Assembly: GCA_963755715.1 (NCBI GenBank)
Contig: CAVWLW010000030.1
Location: 45,585-109,584, forward strand
From: an uncultured delta proteobacterium
GTDB lineage: Bacteria > Desulfobacterota > Binatia > UBA9968
Length of the DNA: 64,000 nucleotides
Direction: 5' to 3'
In this document: positions 49,053 to 60,338 of the stretch, one piece after another
Layout: each line of letters opens with the position of its first letter
Position numbering within the stretch: position 1 is the first letter of the stretch
Made by a program: the position numbers and the translations under genes
Notes under the pieces: model-generated
What the model was told of the DNA's origin: nothing
The model's database searches: none
What the model saw: only the letters and a program-made list of their open reading frames with translations

Positions 49053-50603
49053 CTAAGGCGCCGCGAGGGCGCGCATGCCTTCAGGCAAACCATCGATGAT
49101 ATCGGACGCAATCAGACCAACTTCGCCGCGCGCCGCTGCGACCCGATCGCCGACAAAGCCGTGCAGGTACACGCCGAGCTTCATCGCGCTGGCCGCAGTA
49201 AAACCCTGGCCGAGAAGCGCCGATAGAATACCCGCCAACACATCGCCCATGCCGCCGCTCGCCATGCCCGGGTTGCCGGTTGGATTGATAAAGACATTTC
49301 CCTCCGCCGTGGCAATTACGGTGCGCGCCCCTTTCAAAACCAGGTGGCAACGGTGTTCGACGGCAAACGCGCGCGCGATTTCCACTCGATCGGCGTTGAC
49401 ATCCGCGGTGCTTTTGCCGATGAGCCGCGCCATTTCGCCCGGATGGGGCGTGAGCACCGGAGCGGTTTTGGCGTGGCGCAGCCGGCCGATCTCCAGCGCC
49501 AAGTTATTGAGTCCGTCGGCATCGATCACCCAAGGCAGGTCCAAATTTCTCAACAACCAGCGCAAGTTATTCTGGGTCGCCGTAGTGACGCCGATCCCCG
49601 GCCCGAAGAGCAGCGCGTCTTTCCGCTCCAGCAAGCGATGCCAATCGTCGTCGCCAAGCGGCTCTAGTTCTTCCGCAGCATTGTCGCCCAACGGCTCGGT
49701 CATGACCTCGATCAGCGAAGCGGCGAAAATATTATTGAGCGAGCGCGGCGCGGCCAAGGTCACCAATCCGGCGCCAGTGCGCATAGCAGCGCGGCAAGCA
49801 AGAATCGCCGCGCCGGTTTTGCCGCGCGAGCCGGCGACGACTAACAAGTGGCCGTAGGTGCCTTTGTGCGTGTCCGGGGCGCGCCGCGGCACCAGCCAGC
49901 GGATCGTTTCGCGATCGAGAAGCTCGGTTTTGGGCGCGACTTCCGCCACCGCGGCTTCCGCAATGCCGATATCGGCGACTACCAGAACACCGACGTAGTT
50001 GAGTCCCGGATAGATCACTTCACCGAGCTTGGCGAAACCTAACGCCACCGTCATCTCGGCCTGCACCGCGACGCCGAGCGGTGTGCCGTTGTCGGTATGC
50101 AACCCCGAGGGAATATCGACGGCGACGACCGGCACGCCGGACGTGTTGATCATCGTGATCGCGTCGCCGAACAATCCGCGCACTTCGTTTTTTACTCCCG
50201 TGCCAAGTATCGCATCGACGATCAGCCCCTTCTGGCTCATGCGCTCACCCAGCAACTCAAGTTGATCCGCGGAAATCTCGGTGACTTTTCCCTTGAGCTT
50301 GAGATAAGCGCGCAGATTGTGCGCCGCGTCGGGCGAAAGCTCGTCTTTGCGCGCCAGCAGCGCGACTTCACAGGGAATGCGTTTTTTTTTAAGCAGGCGC
50401 GCGACGACAAAACCGTCGCCGCCGTTGTTGCCCTTGCCGGCGACGATCAATACGCCTTGCTTGGCGTTGCGCGCGAAGTTTTGCAAAATCGCCTGCGTGA
50501 CCGCCTGGCCGGCGCGCTCCATCAACGTCAGGCTCGGCACGCCATATTTCTGGATCGTCAAGCGATCCATCTCGCGCATCTGTTCGGCGGTGACGACGAT
50601 CAT
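49053..50603 (-). CDS. nnr: Bifunctional NAD(P)H-hydrate epimerase/dehydratase
   Basis: LMERAG, GKGNNGGDG, VDIPSG, HKGTYG, IDADGL, LTPHPGE, GGMGDVLAG. Confidence 0.95.
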   Translation of the reverse strand: MIVVTAEQMREMDRLTIQKYGVPSLTLMERAGQAVTQAILQNFARNAKQGVLIVAGKGNNGGDGFVVARLLKKKRIPCEVALLARKDELSPDAAHNLRAYLKLKGKVTEISADQLELLGERMSQKGLIVDAILGTGVKNEVRGLFGDAITMINTSGVPVVAVDIPSGLHTDNGTPLGVAVQAEMTVALGFAKLGEVIYPGLNYVGVLVVADIGIAEAAVAEVAPKTELLDRETIRWLVPRRAPDTHKGTYGHLLVVAGSRGKTGAAILACRAAMRTGAGLVTLAAPRSLNNIFAASLIEVMTEPLGDNAAEELEPLGDDDWHRLLERKDALLFGPGIGVTTATQNNLRWLLRNLDLPWVIDADGLNNLALEIGRLRHAKTAPVLTPHPGEMARLIGKSTADVNADRVEIARAFAVEHRCHLVLKGARTVIATAEGNVFINPTGNPGMASGGMGDVLAGILSALLGQGFTAASAMKLGVYLHGFVGDRVAAARGEVGLIASDIIDGLPEGMRALAAP

Positions 50604-50670
50604 AAGAACCGTGGGATGTGCTTGTGGCGCATGTTCGTGAAACAATCAAAGATCGCAGAACGAAACACGA

Positions 50671-51396
50671 TCACGATTCACGAACACGATTAAGAAGTTC
50701 TTTCATTTCTCGTACCGCCTGCTCAATGCCGACGATAACCGCGCGGGCAATGATGCTGTGGCCGATATTCAGCTCGACGATCTCGGGAATCTTCGCGATC
50801 GGCAGGACATTTTCATAGTCTAAGCCGTGGCCGGCGTGCACTTCCAACCCAAGGCGGCGCGCCAACGCCGCCGCATCCGCGATCGCCGCCAACTCGCGCT
50901 GTCGCGCCGCCGTGGCGACGTTGCAATAAGCGCCGGTGTGAATTTCGATCGCATCGGCACCGACTTCCTTGGCTGTCTCGATTTGCGCCTGCGCGGGGTC
51001 GATGAATAAACTGACATGAATGCCGCGATCCTGGAGTTTCTTCACGGCATCTTTCACTTTGATTTTATGCGCGACGACGTCGAGACCGCCCTCGGTGGTC
51101 AACTCTTCGCGTTTCTCCGGCACGAAGCAGGCGTCATGAGGCCGGATTTTTTCGGCGTACGCCACCATCGCAGGCGTCACGGCCATCTCCAAATTGATCT
51201 TGGTAGCGGCTTGCTCACGCAGCCGCTCGACGTCGCGCTCCTGAATATGCCGGCGATCTTCGCGCAGATGTACGGTGATGCCGTCGGCGCCGGCTTTCTC
51301 GGCCAAGAGCGCCGCTGCTACCGGATCGGGGACTTCCGCGCGGCGCGCTTGGCGCACCGTCGCCACGTGATCGACGTTGACTCCCAAACGAATCAT
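50671..51396 (-). CDS. pdxJ: Pyridoxine 5'-phosphate synthase
   Basis: [41 protein letters not shown]. Confidence 0.97.
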   Translation of the reverse strand: MIRLGVNVDHVATVRQARRAEVPDPVAAALLAEKAGADGITVHLREDRRHIQERDVERLREQAATKINLEMAVTPAMVAYAEKIRPHDACFVPEKREELTTEGGLDVVAHKIKVKDAVKKLQDRGIHVSLFIDPAQAQIETAKEVGADAIEIHTGAYCNVATAARQRELAAIADAAALARRLGLEVHAGHGLDYENVLPIAKIPEIVELNIGHSIIARAVIVGIEQAVREMKELLNRVRES

Positions 51397-51398
51397 GA

Positions 51399-52850
51399 CT
51401 AGCTGCCAACCTCCGCACGGATCCGATCGGCGATATCCTCGGCCATGGCGCGGATCTTTTTTTCGTTCTCGCCTTCCAACATGACTCGAGCGAGCAATTC
51501 GGTGCCGGAATAGCGCACCAAGACTCGCCCTCGTCCCGCCAAAGCGCTTTCCACCTCGGCGATCTTTTGACTGACCTTGAGCATGCTGGCCAAATCTCTT
51601 CGCTCTTTAACGTCGATGTTGAGCAATACCTGGGGCAAGCGCGTCATCACGCGCTTGAGAGCGCTCAAGCGCTGGCGCTTTTCGACCATCAACGCGAGCA
51701 TCTGCAAACAAGTGATCGCGCCATCGCCGGTGGTGTTATGATCCAAAAACAAGATATGCCCCGATTGCTCACCGCCGAGATTATAATTGTCCGCGACCAT
51801 CTTCTCGACCACGTAGCGATCGCCGACCTGGGTGCGCACGAGGCCTAGTCCGGCGTCGCGCAGGGCCAGTTCCAGCCCGAGATTGCTCATCACAGTGGCG
51901 ACCACGCCGCTGCCTTTGAGGGTGCCTTTCTGTTGCATGTCCAATGCCGCAATCGCCAGCACTTGATCGCCGTCGAGAATGTCGCCGGTTTCATCGATGA
52001 AAATCGCCCGATCGGCATCGCCGTCCAGCGCCACTGCGAAATCAGCGCCCTCGTGCAGCAACACTTCGCGCGCCGTTTCCGGATAAAGGGCGCCGCAGCG
52101 CCGGTTGATGTTTTCACCGTCGGGCTGCACGCCGATGGGCAGCACTTCCGCGCCGAGCTCGGACAAGACTTCCGGCACGACTTTGTACGCCGCGCCATGG
52201 CCGCAATCGACGACGATCTTTAATCCCTCTAAAGTCAAATGGCGCGGAAAGCTATTCTTCAGAAAAACATTATAGCGTCCCACGGCATCGGCGAGGCGAA
52301 AGGCCTTGCCGATCTCTGAAGCGGTCGGGCGCGACTCTTCGGTCACCCCGCTGAAGATCATCTCTTCCATGCGCGCCTCGACTTCGTCGGGCAATTTAAA
52401 ACCGTCCCAGGAGAAAAATTTGATGCCGTTGTCCTGATAAGGATTGTGCGACGCTGAGATCACCACACCCGCGTCCGCGCGCATGCTCCGGGTTAGGAAC
52501 GCGACTCCGGGCGTCGGCATGGGCCCGACCAGCAAAACATCGGCCCCCATCGAGACAATACCTGAAGCCAACGCGGTTTCGAGCATGTATCCCGAAAGGC
52601 GGGTGTCTTTGCCGATCAGTATCTTGTAGCGGTGTTTGCCATCTTCGCCGTTTTTGCGCGCAAACGACGGCGGCAGCTTCCGGCCGGAGGAGTCGGTCGG
52701 GTCGGACTCGTGCAGCACTTTGGCGATCGCTCGGCCGAGCTTCAGCGCCATCTCCGAAGTCATCGGCTCCTGGTTGGCGACGCCGCGCACGCCGTCGGTG
52801 CCGAAGAGGTGGCGCATGGGTTTGTTTTTATTTGATCGCGGCTGACTCAT
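51399..52850 (-). CDS. glmM: Phosphoglucosamine mutase
   Basis: [41 protein letters not shown]; AAGGAG RBS before 52850. Confidence 0.96.
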   Translation of the reverse strand: MSQPRSNKNKPMRHLFGTDGVRGVANQEPMTSEMALKLGRAIAKVLHESDPTDSSGRKLPPSFARKNGEDGKHRYKILIGKDTRLSGYMLETALASGIVSMGADVLLVGPMPTPGVAFLTRSMRADAGVVISASHNPYQDNGIKFFSWDGFKLPDEVEARMEEMIFSGVTEESRPTASEIGKAFRLADAVGRYNVFLKNSFPRHLTLEGLKIVVDCGHGAAYKVVPEVLSELGAEVLPIGVQPDGENINRRCGALYPETAREVLLHEGADFAVALDGDADRAIFIDETGDILDGDQVLAIAALDMQQKGTLKGSGVVATVMSNLGLELALRDAGLGLVRTQVGDRYVVEKMVADNYNLGGEQSGHILFLDHNTTGDGAITCLQMLALMVEKRQRLSALKRVMTRLPQVLLNIDVKERRDLASMLKVSQKIAEVESALAGRGRVLVRYSGTELLARVMLEGENEKKIRAMAEDIADRIRAEVGS

Positions 52851-52875
52851 CTCAATGAACTCCTTTGCATTCAAA

Positions 52876-53805
52876 TCACTCGGCCGGCTTGACGATGCGA
52901 ACGCGAAAGCGCTGGGGTTTTTGTTCGACAACGTTAATCTCAGGCGGCAGGTTGAACGACAATGCCACGCTGTGGTCCCCGGCCACCATCCCGTGCAAAT
53001 TCAAGTAAACATTTTCTGAAGTCAATTTCAGTTTTGCCATCGTGCTCTTAGGACCGGAAAGCTGAAAATGCGCCCACTGCGGCGTGACCGTGTAAGTGCC
53101 TTTGAAGTCTTTGGCATGGATTTCGACTTTATCGAACTCCCGGCTGGCCTGCTCCTCCTCGACCGTGACGGCAACATCCACCTGGTCCGGGGTTATCGTC
53201 AACGGCTTGTTATCGTTCGACAGCCGAAGTCGACGTTTGATTCCGCTTCGGCTTTCTTCGACATCGAGCGGTAGGGTCTCGACTGCCGCGAGACGCCGTA
53301 CATCTTCCGCCGGTCCTTGCACCGAAACGTTCTCCGGCAGCGCCACGGTTTGCGTGACTCGGTAGCCTTCGGCCGGTTTGCCGGAGAGCCGCACCGTCAC
53401 CGGCAAGGTGCGTTTGACCACCGGCTCCAGTCGCAGATGAATCACCGGAGGCGTGATTCTGGCGACGGCGACGCCGCGCGGGACATTGAAATCCTCTCCC
53501 ACCAGTGTGTAGCTCGAGGCGCCGGACTTGGCGCCGTTCAGATCCAACGAGAGTTTCAGGTTGTCGGCGTCAAGCGTCGAAACCAGCGTGCGCGGCCCCA
53601 TCAGTCGTAACACTACGTAATCAACCCGATTGTCCATCACCATCAAATCCGACGGCAGGTTACGAAACTCCACGGCGACCTCGATCGCCCGTTCCGTATC
53701 ACGATGGCCGGCCAACCAGAGTCCCACGGCGATAATCAAAGCGAGCGCCTTGAGACCGAAATTGCTGCCCGCCAAGGAGACGATTTTTTCCCATAGACGT
53801 TTCAT
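52876..53805 (-). CDS. cdaR: CdaR/YbbR-like regulator of diadenylate cyclase
   Basis: [18 protein letters not shown] followed by YbbR-like repeats (VSVQGP); lies between cdaA and glmM; ATGA overlap with cdaA. Confidence 0.85.
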   Translation of the reverse strand: MKRLWEKIVSLAGSNFGLKALALIIAVGLWLAGHRDTERAIEVAVEFRNLPSDLMVMDNRVDYVVLRLMGPRTLVSTLDADNLKLSLDLNGAKSGASSYTLVGEDFNVPRGVAVARITPPVIHLRLEPVVKRTLPVTVRLSGKPAEGYRVTQTVALPENVSVQGPAEDVRRLAAVETLPLDVEESRSGIKRRLRLSNDNKPLTITPDQVDVAVTVEEEQASREFDKVEIHAKDFKGTYTVTPQWAHFQLSGPKSTMAKLKLTSENVYLNLHGMVAGDHSVALSFNLPPEINVVEQKPQRFRVRIVKPAE

Positions 53806-54459
53806 GATTTGACCAAGTCTTGCAACGCCGATCGCAGCCGTCCGCCGTCGATATTCTCGGTTACGTTGCCGCCGACGACGAGCGCCACCGTGCTCTCCTG
53901 TTCGGAGATAACCACGGCAACCGCATCGGTCTCTTCCGTCACCCCGAGCGCGGCTCGATGGCGCGTGCCCCAAGTCTTGCGCAAGTTGGGATTGGTGCTA
54001 AGCGGCAATAGGCAGCGCACCGCGGTGACTCGTCCCTTTTGAATAACCAGCGCGCCATCGTGGATCGGTGAATGGGGCAGAAAGACGCTTTCGACCAGCT
54101 CCCGGCTCACCCGGGCGTCGAGCCGCGTGCCGATTTCCATGTATTCGTTCAATCCCACTTCGCGCTGCAGCACGATCAGCGCGCCGACGTGCTTGGCGGC
54201 GAGCGACATCGCCGCTTGAGCGATTTCCTCGATGATGTCCTCGTGCCGCTGGATCATGCGCTCGGCGGTGACGAACAGGGGCGCGCTGCCCACTTGCGTC
54301 AGCGCACGCCGGATATCGCTTTGAAAAATGACGATGATAACCAGAATGATCGAGCCAAGAAAGTTGTCGAGAATCCAGTTGAGCGTGAACAGCCCGAGGG
54401 CGCGCGACGAGACATAGGCGACGAGAATCACGGCTAAGCCCATGATCATTTGCACACCC
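53802..54459 (-). CDS. cdaA: Diadenylate cyclase CdaA, N-terminally truncated at the junction
   Basis: IVIFQSDIRRAL, GALIV, HDGA and GTRHRAA DAC motifs; the first TM helix before GVQMIMG is missing. Confidence 0.9.
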
Positions 54460-54501
54460 GACATCAAGGAGTTCCCGGTCCACGAGATGATCACCGCCTA
54501 G
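54460..54501 (+). other. 3' remnant of an unrelated gene (…DIKEFPVHEMITA*) marking the start of the high-GC segment
   Basis: GAC ATC AAG GAG TTC CCG GTC CAC GAG ATG ATC ACC GCC TAG: every third position is G/C. Confidence 0.55.
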
Positions 54502-54583
54502 CACCGCAAAGAGTAGTCGACAGGGCATCGAGCACCGCGGTGTCCTGTCGACGAGCGGCCGGCCGTGAACGACGTACCTAGGC

Positions 54584-55599
54584 TCAGCAGAAGGCGCCGA
54601 TGCGCGGCAGGATCGTTTGCGCGCAGGTAGGGAGTGTCCCAACCGCCGCGCAGAGCCAACTTCGACTCGCATAGCCTCGTAGGCGAGGCCAGGCGCGTCG
54701 AGGAAGTAAATGCCGTACTGCGGCGCTTCGGCGACCAGGACGTTGGTCGCGCTGCGCCGGAACGCAGGGATCTCACCGGGCTGGGCCGTCGTCAGCACGA
54801 CCACCGGCCCGCGAGCCGAAAGTCAGGCTCTCGAGCAGGCCGACGTCGGCGCGGCCGTCCCAAGGTTCGGGCGGCTGGTTCGAATCCGACAGCCATGCCG
54901 TGACGAGCCGGCGCGATCCCGTCGATGAAGACCAGGCCGACGACGTCGTGCGGGATAGCGCGCGGTGAAGTCCGAGATGAGAAGGCCCCCGAGCGAGGCG
55001 CCGGTGAGGATGTACGGCCCCGGAACGTTTGCGTTGGTCAGCACCGTATGCAGTTCGCGTGCAAACGTCTCCGCGGTCGGCGGCACGGACATCGGACGCG
55101 GATCGCTCGCGCTAGGTACGGGCGCCGTAGTGCCGGGACGGTCGTATGTGCACACACGGTTTTGACCGCTGAGCGCGTACTGCACCTTCCGATAGTTGAG
55201 GCGTGTTGCGACCTGACCCGTTTCGATCACCACCGTAGGCGCGCCGGTGCCCACGCACTCCAGGTGCAGCCGGTAGCCACCGACGTCGACGAGGTTCCCG
55301 GCGGGCGCCGGCGGCTCAGGGAGGGTCGGTGGCTTTGGCTTCGGCGCCTGCTTTGGTTTCGGGGAGAGGCGACGTAGGGGGCCAGTCGGCCGGAGTGACA
55401 GTGGTACCGATAGCGGTGGTATGCACGGTCGCGACGCTTGTCGCACCGCCCGCCGGCCTTCAGAAGACGTGCTTGCCGTTGATCACCGCCGCCCTGAGCC
55501 CGCGGCGCACTCAGTTCGCGCCGATGCTGCCGGCTCGTGAGCTGCGGCAAGCCCAAGAAGCACGACGGATGCGAGTAATGACGAGAGGAGGAGGCGCAC
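54584..55599 (-). CDS. Secreted alpha/beta hydrolase with small Cys-rich N-terminal domain (several frameshifts)
   Basis: Leader VRLLLSSLL, LVDVGGYRLHLECVGTGAPTVV, VCTYDRPG, GASLGG; ends LPTCAQTILPRIGAFC*. Confidence 0.7.
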
Positions 55600-55679
55600 C
55601 TCGACCCCAACATCTCCGGCGGCGGCATGGTCAACCCCTTTCCCAACCGAGGTACGTGATCCCGCAAACGTATGCCGCG

Positions 55680-56637
55680 TCAAGGCAACGTCAAGAACTC
55701 GACTGCGCCGCTCGTCGTCAAGCCCGGCTGCGGCTGCCGGCGATCGCATACACCGTGCGTCCGAGCGACACGACGCCGAGTCCGTGCCGCGGCGTCGGGA
55801 GGTCCGGCAGACGGCGCCAGCGCCGTGTGCGCGTGTCGTACGCGTACACGAGCTTGATCGTGCCGCCGGGCTGCTCGCCGCCGATCGAGACGATCGTTCG
55901 GCCGACGACTGTCGTGCCCGTTCCGCCACGCGCCGTCGGCACGGGCGGGAGTCGGGTCCCAGCGGCGCGCACCGGGCTGCCAGCTCTCGAGCATGCGCAG
56001 GTTCGTGTCGAGCCCGGCGTGACGTCCTGCGAGCGCGTACACGCGGCCGGCCGCCGCAGTGACCGCGAGGTGCTCGCGCGGCGTGGGGCCGGGATCTGCC
56101 GCCACCCACCACGTCGCAGGTCGAGCGCGAGTGCCGCGCGCGCAAGGCCGGCAGGCCCGATGCCGCCGACGACGTAGAGCGTGTCCCCGATCACCGCCGC
56201 ACCGCCCGCAGCGCGGCCCGCCGGGAGTCGGTCGAAGCTCGCGCCACCGTCCGCCGTCGAGCACGAACGCTCGGTCGCTGGGTGTGTTGCGCCCGAGGTA
56301 GCCGCCGACGACGATCGCGCGGCCACGCCACGTCGTGGCCATCGCATGGTTGACGGCGACGGGAAGGTCGGGCAGGCGCCGCCAACGCTGCTGCGCCGGT
56401 GAGTATGCGTCCGCCAGGCGCGGACGAGTCGCCCGCTGGGAGAAAGCCGCCGACGACGACGAGGTCGGCTCCGTGTCGCGCCGCAGCCACCTCCGTTCGC
56501 GGGACGGGCAATGGCTCCACCTCGCTGCCAGTGGGCGCGGCGGCCGCGCCGACCGCCGGAACGATCAGCGTCGCGACGAAGGCCGTCCGTCCGAGACGAC
56601 TATCGAACAGTCGGCGCACGATTGGGCGAAAGGACAT
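55680..56637 (-). CDS. Kelch-repeat protein (several frameshifts)
   Basis: Repeated LP.PR...VVGG...W motifs across frames (LVVVGGF, IVVGGY, LYVVGG, IVSIGGE, WRRLPDLPTPRHG). Confidence 0.8.
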
Positions 56638-56670
56638 CGCGACCCCCTTGCAGGCCGATCCTAGCTTCAC

Positions 56671-56735
56671 TCGTGTGGACTCCACACAAAGGGTGTGAGG
56701 CGCTCCGAAACGCGCTTTGTGTTGAGTCCACACGA
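56671..56735. repeat. 21-bp inverted repeat pair (REPIN/MITE-like hairpin)
   Basis: TCGTGTGGACTCCACACAAAG ... CTTTGTGTTGAGTCCACACGA, one mismatch. Confidence 0.7.
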
Positions 56736-56786
56736 AGTCTGCGCGCGCGAGGAGATCACGGCCCGCCGTTCGCGGCCCGGCTACCG

Positions 56787-57254
56787 CTATTTGATCGCGT
56801 TGCCCTTCGGTGAGAGCACGTACCAGATGCCGAAGAAGCCCTGGCCCCGGACCTGTCCCGGCTGCTTGTCTCCCGCCGGCGCTCCGAAGCCGCCGTGGAA
56901 GAAGTACAGCGGGTGCTTCTTGTAGGTCACCTGCTTGACGCCGCCGGCGCCCTTGGCGACACCGAGCAGCGCCGCGTTGATGCCTTTGCCGGCGACGGGC
57001 TTGCCCTGGGTGGCCACCGCGGGCCACGCCTTCGGGCAATCAGGCGACAGCGCGGCGCAGGACGGAACGCCGCCGGAATCGCTGATCAGCAGGTAGATGG
57101 TTCGCCCGCGGCCGTCGACGATGATCGTCTTCTTCAACGTGGCGTTGTACGCCGTCTTGATGACGGTGCCCCCGGCGGATACCGATGTCGCCGGTGCGGC
57201 GAGTGCGAAGCCGACGAGCAGCATGCTCGTGACGATGAGCACGAGTCGCTTCAT
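56787..57254 (-). CDS. COG4315 / Lipoprotein_15 secreted repeat protein
   Basis: Signal peptide, VDGRGRTIYL..D, CPKAWP, QVTYKKHPLYFF..D..PGQVRGQG..GIWY; GAGGAGG RBS. Confidence 0.85.
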   Translation of the reverse strand: MKRLVLIVTSMLLVGFALAAPATSVSAGGTVIKTAYNATLKKTIIVDGRGRTIYLLISDSGGVPSCAALSPDCPKAWPAVATQGKPVAGKGINAALLGVAKGAGGVKQVTYKKHPLYFFHGGFGAPAGDKQPGQVRGQGFFGIWYVLSPKGNAIK

Positions 57255-57343
57255 GCAAACAGCATCCTCCTCGAACCGCCTCGATGCAAGCGGCCGCCGG
57301 GGAACACTCCCGAACGAGTGCGCGGCCCTATAGTCGCTCCACG

Positions 57344-57695
57344 ATGGTGACGAGCGGTCCCTCTGCTTGCGAGTCGTGATCTCGATGCGACGGCGGCGTT
57401 CTATCTCCGCCTCGGATTCACGAACAAGGGCGCGCCGCACGACGAGTGGGACTACCTGATCATCGAGTACGGCGGGAGCGAGTTCCATTTCCTCGGGCCG
57501 CTCGTCGACCAACGAACGCCCGGCAGCTGCTGGGTCTACGCGGATGACGTCGAGAGCGTCTACGAGCAGTGGCGGGCGGGTGCCGGCGAGTCTGCGACGT
57601 TCACACCGCTTGCGTTCACGAACTTCGGGATGCGCGCCTTCACGATGTTCGATCCAGACGGCAACGAGATTCGGGTCGGCCAGCCCGCCCGCTGA
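57344..57695 (+). CDS. VOC/glyoxalase-bleomycin resistance family protein (frameshifted)
   Basis: Manual translation across frames: SRDLDATAAFY.RLGF ... SCWVYADDV ... FGMRAFTMFDPDGNEIRVG. Confidence 0.75.
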
Positions 57696-57697
57696 CG

Positions 57698-58092
57698 CTA
57701 GGACGCGGCGGCTTGCCGCGACGCGATCAGCGTGCGCAGACGCTCGGCTGCAGTCGGTGAGCTTCGCTCCAGAGCCCACACGTCACGCTTGAACAGCACG
57801 ATCATGCGCATCGGCGATGTGGCGACGACCGACGACGTCCGCCGGCCCGATGCGAGCACGGCGATCTCCCCGAAGATGTCCCCTGGCCCAGCTCGCGCAA
57901 CGGCTCGCCATCCGCGGTCACGGTGGCGGTTCCGGATTCGATCGCGTAGAGCGCGTGCCCGAAGTCGCCTGCGGCCGCGAGCGACTGTCCTTCCTCTGCG
58001 GTCGCCTCCGACGCTGCGCTCGCGACCGCCGCGAGCTCACGATCCGTGAGGCCGGCAAAGAGAGGGATGGCGCTGAGCCTGGACGCGTCCAC
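57698..58092 (-). CDS. Stand-alone cyclic-nucleotide-binding domain protein (frameshift near 57885)
   Basis: IPLFAGL, GHALYAIESG, then GDIFGEIAVL..GRRTSSVVA in the next frame. Confidence 0.8.
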
Positions 58093-58251
58093 GCGTCGGA
58101 ACCTAGCGCGGGTCGCGCGTCGGTTTGGTTGGCCGTTGGAGAACGATCGGTATCAACCTGGTGTCAGCGAAAACGCAGCCGCACGCCACGACGCTTCCGC
58201 TCGTCTCTGCAAAACTCGGGGCACCGATCAGCACGCAACGAGGGGGTTCCG

Positions 58252-59445
58252 ATGGTCGACTACGCGGTTGCACACCTGGACGAGATCGAGGAGATCGACG
58301 ACGGGCGCTCTCCCTACCGGCCCGTGCGCCACCACCTGGGGATCACTCCTTCGGCGCGACGGCGTGGACGGCCCGCGCTGCCGGTGACCGGATCATCAAC
58401 GAGCACGACGAGGCAGAGACGGGAACGAAGAGCTCTACCTCGTCACGCAAGGGCATGCTGTGTTCGAGGTCGACGGGACCGCGTCGACGCGCCGGCCGGC
58501 ACGTTCGTCGCCGCCCCTCCGGGTGAAGCGAGGCGTGTCGCCGAGGAGGCCGGCACGACGGTCGTCGTCGTCGGCGCGGCCCGCGACAAGCCGTACGAGG
58601 CCAGCGGCTGGGAGATCGGGCGCCGCTCTATGCGCGCTACGAGGCGGGGAGTACGCCGAGGTCGGCGAGCGTCTGCGCGCGATCGTTGCCGCGCATCCGC
58701 AGTACGGCTTGCTGTTCTACAACCTCGCCTGTTGCGAGAGCCTCACCGGCCAGACGGACGGGCGGTCGGCCACGTCCGTCAGGCGATCGAGTTGTCCGAG
58801 AAGTTCCGCACGTATGCGAGGCACGACTCGGACCTCGACGCGCTTCGCGGCGACGCCGCGTTCCAGCGCCTCGTCGGCGACGACGAAGCGGGCGGCCTGC
58901 CGCGCGTCAACGAGGCACGGCTCGAGGAAACCGGCTCCGGGCTCGCACCCGCGAGCGACGGCTGGTTCGTCGTCAACGTCCGGGACACGCAGTGGATGAC
59001 GTCCGAGACCTTCGGCTCCGGTTGCGTGTTCGAGAGCCGGGAGCACTCGTTCCCGGAGTTCGGGATCAACCTGGCCGTCCTCCAGCCCGGCGAGCCGAAC
59101 TGCCTCTACCACGCCGAGTCCCAACAGGAGTCGTTCCTCGTGCTCTCCGGCGAATGCCGTCTGCTCGTCAACGGTGAGGAGCGGGCTCTGAAGCCCTGGG
59201 ACTTCGTCCACTGCCCTGCCGGGACGGAGCACGTCTTCGTCGGCGCGGGGAGGGGCCGTCGACGATCCTGATGGCCGGCGCGCCGATCCGAGAACGAGCA
59301 GCTCTTCTACCCGGCCTCGGAGCTCGCGGCGCAGTACGGCGCCGCCTCGGAGAACGACACCCCTGACCCGAGACAGGCCTATGCCCCGTTCAAGCGGCCG
59401 GAGGCGACTCGGCCTCCCTACTGGCAAGAGCTGCCCTGGGCGTAG
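58252..59445 (+). CDS. Cupin + TPR + cupin protein(s) (frameshifted; one fused gene or two genes)
   Basis: PVRHHLGI, NEHDE..EELY; FYNLACCES TPR; GWFVVNVRD, FGINLAVLQPGEPNCLYHAESQQESFLVLSG, HCPAGTEHVF. Confidence 0.7.
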
Positions 59446-59447
59446 CC

Positions 59448-60336
59448 GTAGATCGCGCCGGCGCGGAGGCCTGGATCCGCGCGCACATCGAATCGGCGGC
59501 GAGATCGAGGTCGCGCACGAGCGACCCTGGGCGACCGTGTTGCGCGTGCCGCACGCGGACGGCGTCGCGTGGTTCAAGGCGTGCGGGCCGATTCAGTCGT
59601 TCGAGCCGCGGCTGACGGCGGGGCTCTGCGCGCGCTGGCCGGGGCGGGTCGCCGACGTGCTCGGTCACGACGAGCAGCGGGCCTGGCTGCTCCTCGCCGA
59701 TGCGGGCACTCCCGTCGGCGTGTTCGGCAACCCGCCCGAAGCGTGGCTGCGGCGCTGCCCGTGTACGCCGAGCTGCAACGCGGCGAGGCCGAGCACGCTG
59801 CGAACACGTCGCCACGGCGTTCCCGACCTGCGGCTCGCGGCATTGCCCGAGCGCTACGACGACCTGATCGGCCGCGAACTGCCGTTGGACGCCGACAGCT
59901 CGAGCGGCTCGTCGCGTTCGCGCCGCGGTTCTCGGAGCTGTGCGACGAGCTCGCCGCGGCCGGCATCCCGGAGACGGTTCAGCACGACGACCTCCACCAT
60001 GCGAACGTCTTCGAGCGCGACGGGCAGATGCGCGTCCTCGACTGGGGCGACAGCTCGATCTCGCACCCGTTCGCGTCGCTCTTCGTCACGTTTCGCTTCC
60101 TCGAGGAGATCACCCATCTCTCGCCCGAGGATGCCTGGTTCCCGCGGCTGCGCGATGCCTACCTCGAGCCGTGGGGCGAGGGTCTCACAGGCACGTTCGA
60201 CCTGGCGATGCGTGTCGGTGGGTTCGCGCACGGCATTGCCTGGGCGCGGCAGCGGGACTACCTCCCGGAGGAGGATCGCCCCGACTTCGACCGGTGGTTC
60301 GCCGTCGTCCTGCGCCGCGCCCTCGCGCGCGAATGA
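59448..60336 (+). CDS. Aminoglycoside-phosphotransferase-family kinase (frameshifted)
   Basis: RPWATVLRV, WFKAC, WLLLADAG, TVQHDDLHHANV, VLDWGD. Confidence 0.78.
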
Positions 60337-60338
60337 CC

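Noticed and set aside
50664-50690. CACGAT/CACGAA short repeats at the pdxJ 3' end
   Set aside because: Only about four degenerate units, too short to call an element.
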